The notes below the pieces were generated by a model, which saw nothing but the letters and a program-made list of their open reading frames with translations, did not search any database and was not told the DNA's origin. The translations under genes and the position numbers were made by a program. Below are positions 39,901 to 52,400 of a DNA stretch of 64,000 bases, piece by piece. The DNA is from Lingula anatina (lineage: Eukaryota; Animalia; Brachiopoda), in assembly GCA_051362555.1 (NCBI GenBank), contig CM120643.1:24308848-24372847 (forward strand), in the 5' to 3' direction. Position 1 is the stretch's first letter; each line of letters begins with the position of its first letter.

Positions 39901-42900
39901 TAAAATAAATAAATGAAGTATATGCCAGAGGTACTCCATACTACTACTTTGTGATTATTTTAATGAAGATTTTTTCACTTTCAGATTGTCAATGTATTTG
40001 CACTGTGGACTATCCTACTGGTGTCGGACTTCAGCCTGCTGACCCCTGCCCAGTGTTGGGTTCTTTTCTTGTCCTGTGCAGTCATCATAGTCTATGAATT
40101 CACACTAGGTGTAGTCAGAGTTCAGGACTACTTCCATGCCCACTATGCCAGGTAAATGATGTTCATTATACCTAACCTCTGAACTCACCGTGACCTACGC
40201 TCCATACTTGTAGAGTCTGTTCACAATGCATGAATATAGTCGGGGCACTTTTCACATCAGGGACAGCTCCGTGTGAAAAAGGTTCACTATACCAAGGTTT
40301 CACTATTCTGAAAAATCTTTCTGTAAAATCAGTTGTTCACTATGACGAAAGTGTGCTATGGTTCGCTATGACGAGGGTTGGCTATTCCGAAAAATAAGAT
40401 TGCCATAGCTGCTCTTCACCAACTGCATTATTTCATATAATATATATCATATAATCATATAATCATGATGAGCACCGACCTTGTTAGGAGTAACATTTTT
40501 TTAAAATTCTCTTTTTGTATGTTTAACATATTACTTAATTTACCAATATGTGGGACAATTATAAATTATTTTACATTAAAAATAAAGTACACTGTATTTT
40601 CTTCAAAGTCTTTGCGCTCTATATATAGGTGTGTTTCGGATTCAACCTTCATAATAGCAGACCTTCATCGTAGCAAACCTTAATCGTAGTGGACCTTCAG
40701 CATAACGAACCTTCCTCATAGCGGAAGTTACGCGCAGCGAACCTGCTTGGAAGTGATTCATGCAGTTGTTATGCACATGTACATCATCAGCTAAATTAGC
40801 TAAATTTACACTCACTGATGTATTTTTGATGTGACAGCATAATCTCACAACATGACTGTTTATTTCCACATAATCAGAGTTCTGGTGTCAAATGCCTTTA
40901 AATTCAGATATTAATGTTACATGCTCAGGTATACAATATCTCACTATTAGAGTTGCCCTTATCATACTAAGTGTAGTTACCAGTTGCCTGAATCATCCTA
41001 TCAAATGTTAATTCACAAATATATTATATTATATTATATCTCTTTTATCCTTGCTGCTGTAAAATGTAGGTTGAACAAAAAATTCAAGAAGCAGCAGCCA
41101 TTTGCCACTGCGGCAGTAATGGAGGGCAAACTAAAGGAGAAGCTCGAATCCCTCGGCATCGCTTTTCTGGCTCTGGCGCAGGGAGCACATGGTGTACTGA
41201 ACTGTTGGTGTAAGCTGGATTCTGTTATTATCATCAGATATATTTGATGTGGAATAAACTACCGTGCGTTATCATTTACTTGTACTTTGAAAAAATGAAT
41301 AAGCTACAGTGACTTTTAATTGATTGAAATTCGATGTTTGTTTTATGTTTTAATTAACTAAAGCCTTACACGAGCAAATTGTGAATATTACTTTACAGTG
41401 TTCCCTACTGGGCTGCTATTAAATACATATAGTCAATTTGGCTCATTGGTTGCAAAGTTGTAAAAACTGTGTGTGGCAAAACACAAAATATTCATCAGTA
41501 GTGTTTTGGAATGTAGGTGTAAGACAGAGGGGAAAATGGCAGTACTATAATGCTCATAATAGCTTGTGATAGCTAGAGAGCCCTGATACTAATAAATTTG
41601 AAAAAAAAACACGAAAATTCAAAATGTCTGCAACATTAATTCTCTTTGAGATAATCTTTTGGCCCATTCAGAACAAGCTGATCCACAGCTTAACAGACCC
41701 TTGGATCAAATATGGCTGACCCACTTAAAAGCTTGCTGCATAATCCCCTAATAGACACCGAATAGATTCTGCAACCTTGATGTGGGTTGGTCATATTTGA
41801 TCCGCGGATCTGTTAGTCCAAGGATCAACTTTGGTTGTTAATGCTGCCTACTATGCCTACTTAAAAAAACAGTTATTTTCTCCATGCAGCTGGAGTTGCC
41901 GGAGTGGTCTGCCTCGTACTTAGCATTCGTCTGGCACATGCCAGTTTGAGCAGAAAGTTAGAGGCTCGTACAAAAGAAACCAAAGGGAACAAGTCACACC
42001 ATAAAATTAATGCCAGTTTAGCTGCCATTGATCTTCATGAGAAAGAGGGATGCTCCCACCGACCCCTGTATAACGATGATGGATCTAAGAAAGTTTATCA
42101 CAGAAAGGTGAGGGTGATAATTGATAGTATTTTTGCAACTCATTTTATGATTGATTTATTGTGATATGAACACATTCTGTTTTTCTGTAATGGAAAAAAA
42201 ACACAATTTGAAGCCAAGCTGTCTTTGTTTTTTAAATTTTGCATATTATAAATCACATAAATATTTCTCACCCATTTTAAGTATAATTTTTAAAGAAGAG
42301 ACACAATTTATCAATATTTTGGCAATGTTCTGTAATAGAAGCATTAAACCAATTCATTAAAAAAATCCATTATCGTAAAATATATTTTTTTAACAGATCC
42401 GATTCTCTCAGTGAAATGTTTGAAATTTCCATTTTAGAAACGTCCAGACGGAAAGCACAAAAAGATTGAGGAAAATGAAGATGTTTTCAGAGGTAAAGAT
42501 CAGGAAGGGGCCACAGAAAACTTCTCACATCTACCTTACAGCCCAGGCAATACAGGGGTGTCCACCTTTGAGTCAGAAACAGACACTGAGACTGACACAA
42601 GGAGGTCCAGAAGGTGGAATAAAGGAACCAAAATGGAGGACCAAAGGTCAGTCAGCGCACAAGTTAAACCAGAGGATTTCATTAATGATGAGTCAGGTGA
42701 GAAACAATGAGTCAGGTGAGAAATGGAGTGAAATCTAAAGGTATAGTGAAGTCATTTTAGTGAATATATACATATGACTGTTTTAATGGAATGATACTCT
42801 GTCATGTTCAAACTTCTGAATCACCTTTGTGATTAAAAAAGAAAAAACTACACTTTTCTGATGCTTATTAATTTAAACGCAGAATTAGCAAAATATTAAA

Positions 42901-45900
42901 AACACTGTAACAGTTGTTAAAATGTACGTTGTAAATGGACATTAATGTTAAAGTCCAGATTTATCAAACGGGGAATCAAAATTATCTAAAATTAATTCAT
43001 TCTTTTTTTTTTTTTTCAATTTTATCACTATGTATAATAAGTTTTTATCTTTAATATTCTCAGGCAATTCCACCACAAGTAATGACTCAGCATTTGTTAA
43101 AGATGAGAAGGAATCTGATAAGTCAAGTGGAAGTGGGAGCAGTGGAAAGAAAGGGTTCGTTTATTTATATTGATGTGTTATGTTCATTATTTTGCTTTGC
43201 TGAACACATGGTAACATAATACTGTATATTTGTCAGTTTTACCATCTCCATAATGTGGTTGGGAGGGAATTGAGATTTTAATTTTTTTTTTATTGTTCAC
43301 TTTCATAATAATTTAGGAAGTTAGTGAAATTGGGGTGTCTATTTGTCTGTCTGTATTCCATCTGTTAGAAAACATTTGGCTGTCTTCTCCAATACTATTC
43401 TGTTCAACAAACCTTTCCATTCATGAAAGTTTAAACGTGTAGTAGTGTAACAGAATAATTTATTTCCCAATTGTGCAAATACTTCAGTATTATGTTATCC
43501 AAAGTCTGAGATGAAAATACCTTTTCAAGTACAGGTAAATACATCTTTTTACAACAGACACTTTGTTGGGAACATAATTATAATATTGATTTATTCATTT
43601 GAATAGAAAAAAAATCATTTAAACAAGGCAGCCTGAAATTAAATGTATAACTATCATTTGATGCAAGACAAATTACTTAATATAATATTAAGTAATTATA
43701 ACCTTAAGGTTGAGTATCATAAAATGATGTCCTTGATAAAACTACCGTCTGTATTTTCCTTCAGTTGTAGCAATGCTGAGGGAGAGACATGATCATTTTC
43801 GGTGATTGTTCAAGTCATTTTTGTTTTATGTTGCTGTGTTACGCATCTACACAAAAGCTGCAAATTGTTTAAATAAGTCAGAATGATACATGTAGATTGA
43901 TACTATTTCTTTTTTCAACTCGAAGATTAGATATAATTAATATAAAATGCTTTTTTGATAGGGTGTCTGCCTCTTCTCTTAGACTTATGTATTTTTGAAA
44001 AAAAAAATGGTTAAAAAAGTGTTACTTTGTGCCTGATGGGCTGTTGTAGATGCTATTGAGTAGATTCATTTTTTTTAATTGATCTCATCTTGAACTAGTG
44101 TCCTCTGTTGTTCAATACTTGCAGTTACATGTACCATGGTATAAAAGTAAGGCTCAGATGTGCTCATCAGTGCAAACTCCATAGGTATATTTATCATATA
44201 TGCAAGCATATGCATCTTTCACCAAATCCAATTTAGCAATGTGTTATTGAAATATTAGAAAAATGAAAATGGTTAAAAATTTTCATCAATTAAGTCAATG
44301 ATTTGGCAATGCATTGATGGAAATAACACCTCAATGAATATAGAGATTTCTCTTGTTAGCATACTAGTAAAGTTGACATAGACAAAATTGAGAAATTTTG
44401 ATGAAAATCAAAATAATTTGATCCTTTCTAGAAATAATTGCTTTATGAATTTAAAAGCAAGCACTGCATGCATACAGGGAAATAATTTCTTTCCCACCTA
44501 TAAATATCTGAATTAGATTCAGTGGCTCACAGAAGTCAGTTTCCTTCTCCAACCATTGGCTCAGACATTAAAACATTTACCTTAATCATGGTTGTTAATA
44601 CAGATCATCATAGAAGGCCCAGGGGCTGGCAAATTTAATTTGTGTTTGTAATCAAGCAAGATTTGGAGAGCGAGATCAAAAAAGTGGCAAACAGACTAGT
44701 AACTGAGAGTTGGCAAATTAACATGTATGAGTTGACAGTATTTATCCACAAATATTTTCCTGGTCATTTTTCTCTTGATTTACAGTCTATAAATTGCACA
44801 AAAGTTCAGCCTTGCCTTGTTTTGCCTATTACTTAATTTGTATTGCTTTGAAGTTTTTAGTCAACATTTCCAGAGCATGCATAGAATTTTACCCTATCCT
44901 TGGAAATTTTACCCACATCACAGGGATATGCCATTCTCTGGAATGAACTGCCACTGCACGTGTGATCAGCTACTGTTTTAAATAATGTTGACATTTTTAA
45001 ATCAAATCTAATTTTTTTTAAACAATATTATAATGATTATCAATTTTTTAGACTTTCATTATTCATTGGACTTGTTTAATCTTTGATTTCTGCAACGACT
45101 AAAGAATTTTTATACATTTTAATAATAATCTAAGTTTGGGTCTTCATCAACACAAGTCATTTTTCCTTATAACTGATATTTCCAGATAGAATGCTATTAT
45201 ATAGTTGTACAAGCACTGAGAAAAGTATAATATGGAAAGTGGTTTGAAAGAACTTATAATTATATTTCTTCCACTTCAGAAAATACTCAACAGGGTCTGA
45301 CACGGAGGAGGATGAGAAGGCCCTCTACCGCATCCGGCGTCGCTCCCTGCCAAACATAGACATAGATGGCAGGGTGGACAAGGTGTACTCCATTGGTTGT
45401 TTTGATCTGTTCCATAGGGGGCATGTGGCAATACTGCAGAAGATGAGAAATATGGGTAAACAGGTGAGGCCCTATATGGTAAATGACTGGGTCTTTTCCG
45501 TGGAAAAATTGTTAATTTAACAGCTACTTTAATTAGCAATTTTTTCAGGTCAGAAATTTTTATAATTAGAACTTTTCTAGTTAAATTAGTGGTAGTAACA
45601 AAACTGAAAAGCAGCTAGGTTACCCAATAGTTAATTCAATACAGGTAAAGCACCGATAATGTACTTACTAATTAAAATTCAAAATTAAGGACACTAAAAA
45701 CAAGTAATGTCAATATATATTTTTACTAGGTTATAGTTGGTGTTCATGACAGCCGCAGCTACTATAAACTGAAGAACAAAGTCCCCATTGACCCAATAGA
45801 AAAGCGCATGCTGAACGTAAAGCAGTATGCAGATGTGGTATGAGAAAGAAATTCAGTGCTCTCTAATTGCTGTGTTACATGTAGTCCTGACAAGTGTTTT

Positions 45901-46382
45901 ATGGTACATTGTACAAGCAACTGTGCAATCTCTTTGAAGTTCTTTTAATACAGATAATTGTTGTTTTTATGTAAGATATTATATACCACATGCGCGTAAT
46001 TTACATCATTTCATTAAAGTAACCAAAATGTTTCAGCACTGATTAATTGGTGTTCTTTTCCAGAATTAATCCTTAAAAAAAAAAAAAAGATTTCAACATT
46101 TTTTGTTAAAGTCGCAAATACACATTTCAGGTCTACTGCATCACCAGCACAGATCCATCCAACTTCATCTCATGTATTGTGCACCTGTGTGAGGGGGAGA
46201 CTGCCCTCTACATCCGCGGGGATGACATGCAAAACTTCCCGTCTCGCCACGTGGTTGAGGCCCTGATGCCAATACGCTTCCTGCCCTATACGCAAGGCGT
46301 GAGCAGTACCAAGATCCGTAAAGAACTGTTTGCCAGGATCAGGAGAGATAGCAACGAGTGGCTGAGTGACGGAGCAGTCTGA
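29665..46382 (+). CDS. Bifunctional CDP-alcohol phosphotransferase + HxGH cytidylyltransferase fusion protein, ~608-627 aa
   Basis: Exons: (29665-29684 tentative, MRYGLYW), 34223-34343 (in-frame ATG also at 34260), 35052-35224, 36166-36316, 39985-40151, 41070-41209, 41890-42107, 42438-42696, 43064-43154, 45280-45463, 45730-45837, 46131-46382. All introns GT-AG; one continuous frame. N-terminal domain: SANIVSWLR (PgsA-type 'PNxLTxxR'), DHVDGIVAR..GGFMDAFCDK (DxxDGxxAR..GxxxDxxxD), MEGKLKEKLE (GKxK) and several hydrophobic helices. C-terminal domain: KVYSIGCFDLFHRGH, VIVGVHD, IRGDD, LPYTQGVSSTKIR. Confidence 0.9.
30901..31071 (-). mobile_element. Third, inverted copy of the 167-bp MITE (5-bp TSD CAATG)
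   Basis: Reverse complement of 21610-21776; CAATG at 30896-30900 and 31072-31076. Confidence 0.85.
32042..32322 (+). mobile_element. Degenerate RTE-type LINE reverse-transcriptase fragment
   Basis: Frameshifted remnants read GGRNVTNI..HADDT, KLQTLLNKV, KMECMV, IKGNSIKQVKGFNY..GSRITIDGRC, matching the YADD through FxYLGS region of RTE-type RTs. Confidence 0.7.
32906..32956. repeat. (AG)n microsatellite
   Basis: Read directly. Similar tracts: 435-465 (AG), ~17950-18020 (TAAA), ~19198-19242 (AAT). Confidence 0.95.
33540..33741. mobile_element. Harbinger-like palindromic MITE, TAA TSD (related copy ~41660-41849)
   Basis: TAA-GGCTGCTTTCACAACCAGTTG ... CAACTGGTTGTGAACATGGCC-TAA; internal IR GTGGATCAAATGTGGCACA / TGTGCCATATTTGATCCAC. 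Confidence 0.7.
40262..40735. mobile_element. Non-autonomous DNA element with short subterminal tandem repeats in inverted orientation
   Basis: Left end has ~15-16-bp units GGTTC(A/G)CTAT..(G)AA; right end has the reverse-complement units TTC..(A/G)TAGC(G/A)AACC. Confidence 0.5.
41660..41849. mobile_element. Palindromic MITE related to 33540-33741
   Basis: GGATCAAATATGGCTGACCCAC mirrored by GTGGGTTGGTCATATTTGATCC. Confidence 0.6.
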
Positions 46383-49004
46383 ATGAAAGTCGCTGACATT
46401 ATTAGGTGACGATACAGGTGTCCTTTGAGTGAAAATGATTATTATATTACATGTATATAAATATATACCAGTATACAAGTATAATAAATTATGGCTCTTG
46501 CATTTGGTATTTATCTATAATTTATACAATAGCAGATTCAGAAGAACTACCTGCAGCAGTCTGCATACGAGTATAGGAAATACTTGCCGCTGCTCGCTTC
46601 TAGTCCATGTCTTTTGGCTTGTGCTAGTCTTGCTATGATCATCATTTTTACATGATTTTATCAAATGCTTTTCACGTGTGATGTATTTCTATAAGCACTG
46701 TGGCCAGTCTGAAGTTTTTTGTTTAAATTACTGAATAGAAAAAAAATAATCGGTATACAAGGTTTATTGAAGTACACATTTCAAAATAATTTAAAGGTCT
46801 TTGCTCAAATTAATTAGAATACTGGTATGTGACAGTGTTATTTGAAAGCAGGTTGTGACCTTAATTTTACTGGTTTTCATGACTAAGTTTTTTCTCAATC
46901 AGGGGTCATACTGTTATGTGTTGTTTACAAATGATGTAAAAAATATAAAACTATTCAATACATGTACATTTCATTTACAGTTGAATTTCACTAAATTATT
47001 TTACAATATACCTTTTATTTATATACACATACTCTGCTGATTTTTTACATTTGCAATAAATATCAGTATTGTAAATAAGACAGGGTAATTGCATTGCATT
47101 CCCTGAAAAACATTTCTAAATCAATAATGAAATCTTTGGAGAATAATGTGCCTGTTATTATAATAACATTCAGATTATTGTGAAACAGCAATTATCTTTG
47201 GTGAAAAAGAAAGAGATTGCATTTTATCACTGTTGACAGTTCTTTGAATTTTACAATATATTTGCTGGTTTGATTACTATTGTCTGATTTCTGAATAGAT
47301 TAAAAATGCAAAAATATGTATAAATTACAATTATATCCATTCATATAGACATGTAAACCACATTTTCAAAGTGGCACAATGGTAACATACAGTATATTGA
47401 ACTCCATGTCATTATCTTCTTCTATACATCTTGGCTTTAAATTGAGCTTGTCAGTAACAAAAGGTTGCAAAAATTCTGAATTAGACTCTACTACATGTAC
47501 TGTATAAGTAAGCTGTGTATATTCAGATTGGGTTATACAAGTACTTGTATCTGTGTAAAGAATTTCATTTATTTGATTAAGAAAATACTTGTGTAGGGAG
47601 AAAAGATTAAAATGATACATTGATGTTGGTGAACAAAAGTATTAATTTTTGTAACTTAGAATTTGAACCAGTATTGAATTGAGACATTGTTTTCAAGATA
47701 CAAATCTGTGCTGAAGTTTACGCCATGTACGTGTATGTCAGTCAAATAGACACAATGCTCTTTTTCAATCTGACTCAGAGATTAAAAGTGGACCAAAGAA
47801 TAGTAAGTTTCTGATATGTCTGGTGATTGTAGAATGTACAATTGGAACTATATATGTATCAGATAATATAAACAGTATTTTGTTTTTCCTCACCTGTGTG
47901 TGAAACAATAATGTATCTCTCTCTTTTGTTACTGGTGCTGTTAAAATTGAATCTATAATAATGATGATTAAATGCCGATGCATTGTAATTTCCTTTTTTA
48001 TTTATTCTGCATGCTGGTGACTTCTGAGAAGTCAGTTCCTATGACTGCCAAACATGTTTGATTAATGATTGGGCAGCATGAGAAAATTGGCATGATCAGG
48101 TTGTTTTAAATTAAAATTTACTGGTACATTTTTAAAATTTTGATAAATTTATGGATGAATTTTCTCATGTATTTGTCAACATTTGCCCCTACAGTACAGT
48201 TTTTAAAAGTGTCAAGAATTATTCATATTATTTATTTTTGTTTAACTTCAAATTTGCTGAGCAGTATTTGAAAATTATAGGCATGATTGGGTGTTTAATT
48301 ATTTAAATGTTTTTGCATTATTATATTATAAATAGAGTATCGCAATACAATTGAAATAATTTAATTATTGTTAGAAAAAAGTGTGCAAATATTGCAGTGA
48401 TGACAGCTACATGGTCTTGTTTATGACTGAAGCCCACTGATTGAAATACATTATACACTTCATAACGTGAGTCGTCCACCATGCAAATGTCATATCCCCA
48501 TACTGTGAGACACTACTTCCATAAAACTTCCACAGACTTGTGCATAAAAAAAATAGGAACAATGTTCTTGTTCAAAAACCAGTTTGATTAGATTTTTTCT
48601 CGAAAGCCGAGTCCTGTTCGGCTTGAAGGTAATTGATGTTTTTCACAACTTGAAATTCTTCATACTCGTTGATAGAAGCAATTCATTCCTGTTTGTTAAA
48701 TATTTGGCCTGACAAAGCATATCAAGCTTTAGGCCTGAGATGACATGTAGTAGACAACTTGCGGCCTCATGTGACTTATCTCCGGGCTCCAGCCTGTTGT
48801 CTCTTATGACCTAGAATTGATGACTCACGCTCTTCTCCAAATAAAACCTCTTTGTGGATCTATGGAGAGTGGCTCCTCAACCAGCTGAATATATTTTCAA
48901 AGAGAGGCTAGTAACAGAAAATAAGGTCAAAACAGCCGCCATATACAAAACGTGAACAGGTCTGAGAACCGGCCGGCAGAGTTATAAAAAGGAATTTGTA
49001 TATC

Positions 49005-49334
49005 ATGTAAGTATTCGATCGTAATGAACAAAAGCAACATTTTACATTGCCTTCAAATAAAGACGCTGAGGTGGTTTTTGTGATTCATATCTTTTTGATA
49101 ATATCACGAGCGTCAACTTTAATCAGTGTGACTATGATTCATTACACTCAGTGTGGAATATTTTAAGCTAATTAAATTATTATGCCCATTAAACTTCTTC
49201 TTAATAGGCGATCGAAGTCACATGAACCGCAGTTTTATAAAGATAATGTATCACAACTCTTTATCACGTTGATCAGAATACTTTTAGATATAGAAACATG
49301 GATTAAATGATAATGTAGTTTATCCATGATTCGT

Positions 49335-49431
<97 letters not shown>

Positions 49432-52400
49432 AAGTTTTGATTCATACTTGTATACTAGATCTGTTTTTTTATTTTTTTTTCAGGCAATCCGGCATCTCCC
49501 TTATTATAGCAGGGCTAGTTGTCCATGTGGTATTCTTCATATCCATCTTTGATATCTATTTCACATCACCGCTGGTGCATGGAATGACACCATTCCAGAC
49601 ACCACTGGAGCCGCCATCTAAAAGACTGGTGTTGTTTGTAACTGATGGTTTGAGAGCTGATAAATTCTTTGGAGCTGATAGAGGTACAGCTCCGTACATG
49701 AGGTAACCCTCATTTTGCTATCAGGACTTAGTGTTCATTCCCAATGTAACTGTCAGTCTGCATAGATTGATTAGATTTGCAGATTCACACTGCTCCTCCT
49801 GGTGTTGAGTAAAATAGAGAAAAGCTGGTGATTATAAGAGTACACTGGAAACAGAGAGGCTTGTTAATCTGGTTGCATTCAGTGAGAGTCCCCCAGTTGG
49901 ATTGCTTTATGTAGACCAATAGTTTCATTGGGAATGATCCCTTACAGATCTGAAGTGCTGTGAAGTTTTTGTTCTTACGCTGATTTGCTAAGGTTTGGTT
50001 AGACCCTTAGTAGCAGTAGTTAAAATTTTTAACTGATCAAGTGGGCAATTTTACTTAAAAGTGATAGTGATGAAAAGGATCTTTGTTCTTCATTTGACTT
50101 ATCATAATAATTGTATTGATAATATATTGATGATCAAAAATAACAATGATGATGATAATTATAATAATAACAAAACAAAGAGGCTCCGAGTACAATTCCA
50201 AAATACACAGTGGATATAACATGATGGAAAGTACAATTTTTCAGAGATGTGATAGAAAAGCGTGGTGCGTGGGGGATATCCCACACCAGGGTCCCCACCG
50301 AGTCTCGCCCAGGCCATGTGGCACTTATTGCAGGATTCTATGAAGACGTTAGTGCTGTGGCCAAAGGTAGGAAGACATGATCTATACCTGTGATTGCATT
50401 GTAGGACTTGGAGAAAATACTGTATTTTTGTATTGCCACACACATACATACACACACTCAAGCATTCACACAAGTGCCCTTATTAATTCATAATTGCATA
50501 GCCAAGGGTTTATTGACTATACTGATTCTAATATAGTTCAGTCTTTTTGGGTCAGACCTGCAATACGAATATAAATTCTGTGCTAAGCCACATTTATGTC
50601 ATAAGCTCTCAGCATGTCGAGGGTTATATCTTATGGTTTAAAAATCTAGTCCAGACTTGTTGGTGATAATAACATCAAAAGTATCCTTTCTTATCTGTTT
50701 ACCCCCTTATTTCTTTACAAGTAACTAAAAGTAAAAATAATTGATTTATAATAAACACAGTTAATTGATTAAGTATAGTTTTTCAATAAATGATTTAAAT
50801 ATTATATGTCAGATTACTCTTCGTTTGTTGTAGGATGGAAAGAAAACCCAGTTGAGTTTGACTCTGTTTTTAATGAAAGCCGAACAACTTGGTCTTGGGG
50901 AAGTCCAGATATTCTACCAATGTTTGCAAAAGGTAAGGGTATAAAGTGGAGGTGTGGAGTGTATTTTATCCACTTCTGACTTTTTTCTCTCATATTGAAA
51001 TATGGTCTGTTAATTAAACACCTACAAACTTTTTTACTTTGATGTTTACATTGTCATTGTATTGTAAAATGTGCAAAGAAAATATAAAGTTAAAATTATA
51101 TTAACTAAAGTTTTATTTTTACTAGTTAAAAAACTGTAAACTCAGCAACAACTAGCCTTGGCTATACATTGGCAAAATGATTTCATTTTTTCAATTCAGT
51201 TTGATTATTTTAATTAAAAAAAAAACAAACTTGTACATGACACTAAAAATTCTATTCTAATTTGAGCCTTGATTCTACTCTAAATGGCCATTTTATTAAC
51301 TTAATGTTTTACGTCTCTCAGGTGCCACTGGCGACCATGTTTTCACAAAGATGTACCCTGCCGCAGAGGAGGACTTCGCTGGCTCAGACACCACCAAACT
51401 GGACACTTGGGTCTTTGATGAAGTTGTGGTAAGTTTGAAATAGTAAGGGTTATGAATGAGTTCTGTTATAGTATAACCAGACCTGTGTAGTGAACGTGTA
51501 TTTTGCATGTTTTATGAAATGTGAGATAGACCTAACTCATAGCTGTTGATGTAATGTAAACCCAGTACTTTGGTTGTCATATTATACTATAACAGTGCTG
51601 ATAATACTATATCAGCATTCTATAACAAGCTGAGTGATTCTATCACTTGTTTTGAAGGCTGTGTTGATTAATCTATATGCAAAATTTGTGGTGTGTGAGG
51701 ATATGACCCCCCCCCCCTTTTTTTTCAGCTTTCAACTGATTCAGAAATGGAAACTTTATTTAGTCCAGAAGAACACTTTTCACATAGACTGTAATATTAT
51801 TATGACAACCACAATTTTACTTACTGTAAGTGCTTCTTTATTTTCAGGAATTTTTTGAAGAAGCAAAAAGAAATGCCTCTCTGGCAAGGCTTCTATCCCA
51901 AGATCGTATTGTGTTGTTTTTGCATCTACTGGGTCTGGATACATGTGGACATTCTCAGAAACCTCACTCAGAGTAAGTGGTCATTCCCAGAAGCCATGCT
52001 AAAAGAATGACTTTAAATTTGTGTTATTTTTAAGCAAAGGATGCCCTGGACTGCACCTGACTGTTAAGTGCCTTCATATGACAATGGTTGACTAACCAAC
52101 AGTATTATTTAATATCAGTTAGTCCTATATTTTATGTAGGTGTATTGCTTCTTTAGATATAACAATATGGATTGATGACCTATTATCCCTTTATTTTAAT
52201 TATTCTTTAGATTCATAACCTTGTCACTTAATTTTATGTGATTGTTTTTCAGAGAGTATTTGAGAAACATACGTATTGTGGATGAAGGCATAAAAAATAT
52301 AAGCCAAGTTGTAGACAGTTATTTCCAACAAGATGGCAGAACTTCTTATATTATGACAGCAGACCATGGCATGACGAACTGGGGTGGGTATAGTTGTATT

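Noticed and set aside
34223-46382. Fusion gene as bacterial contamination or very recent horizontal transfer
   Set aside because: It has at least 10 canonical spliceosomal introns containing host-type repeats and sits between ordinary metazoan genes. Any bacterial origin would be ancient and needs phylogenetic testing.
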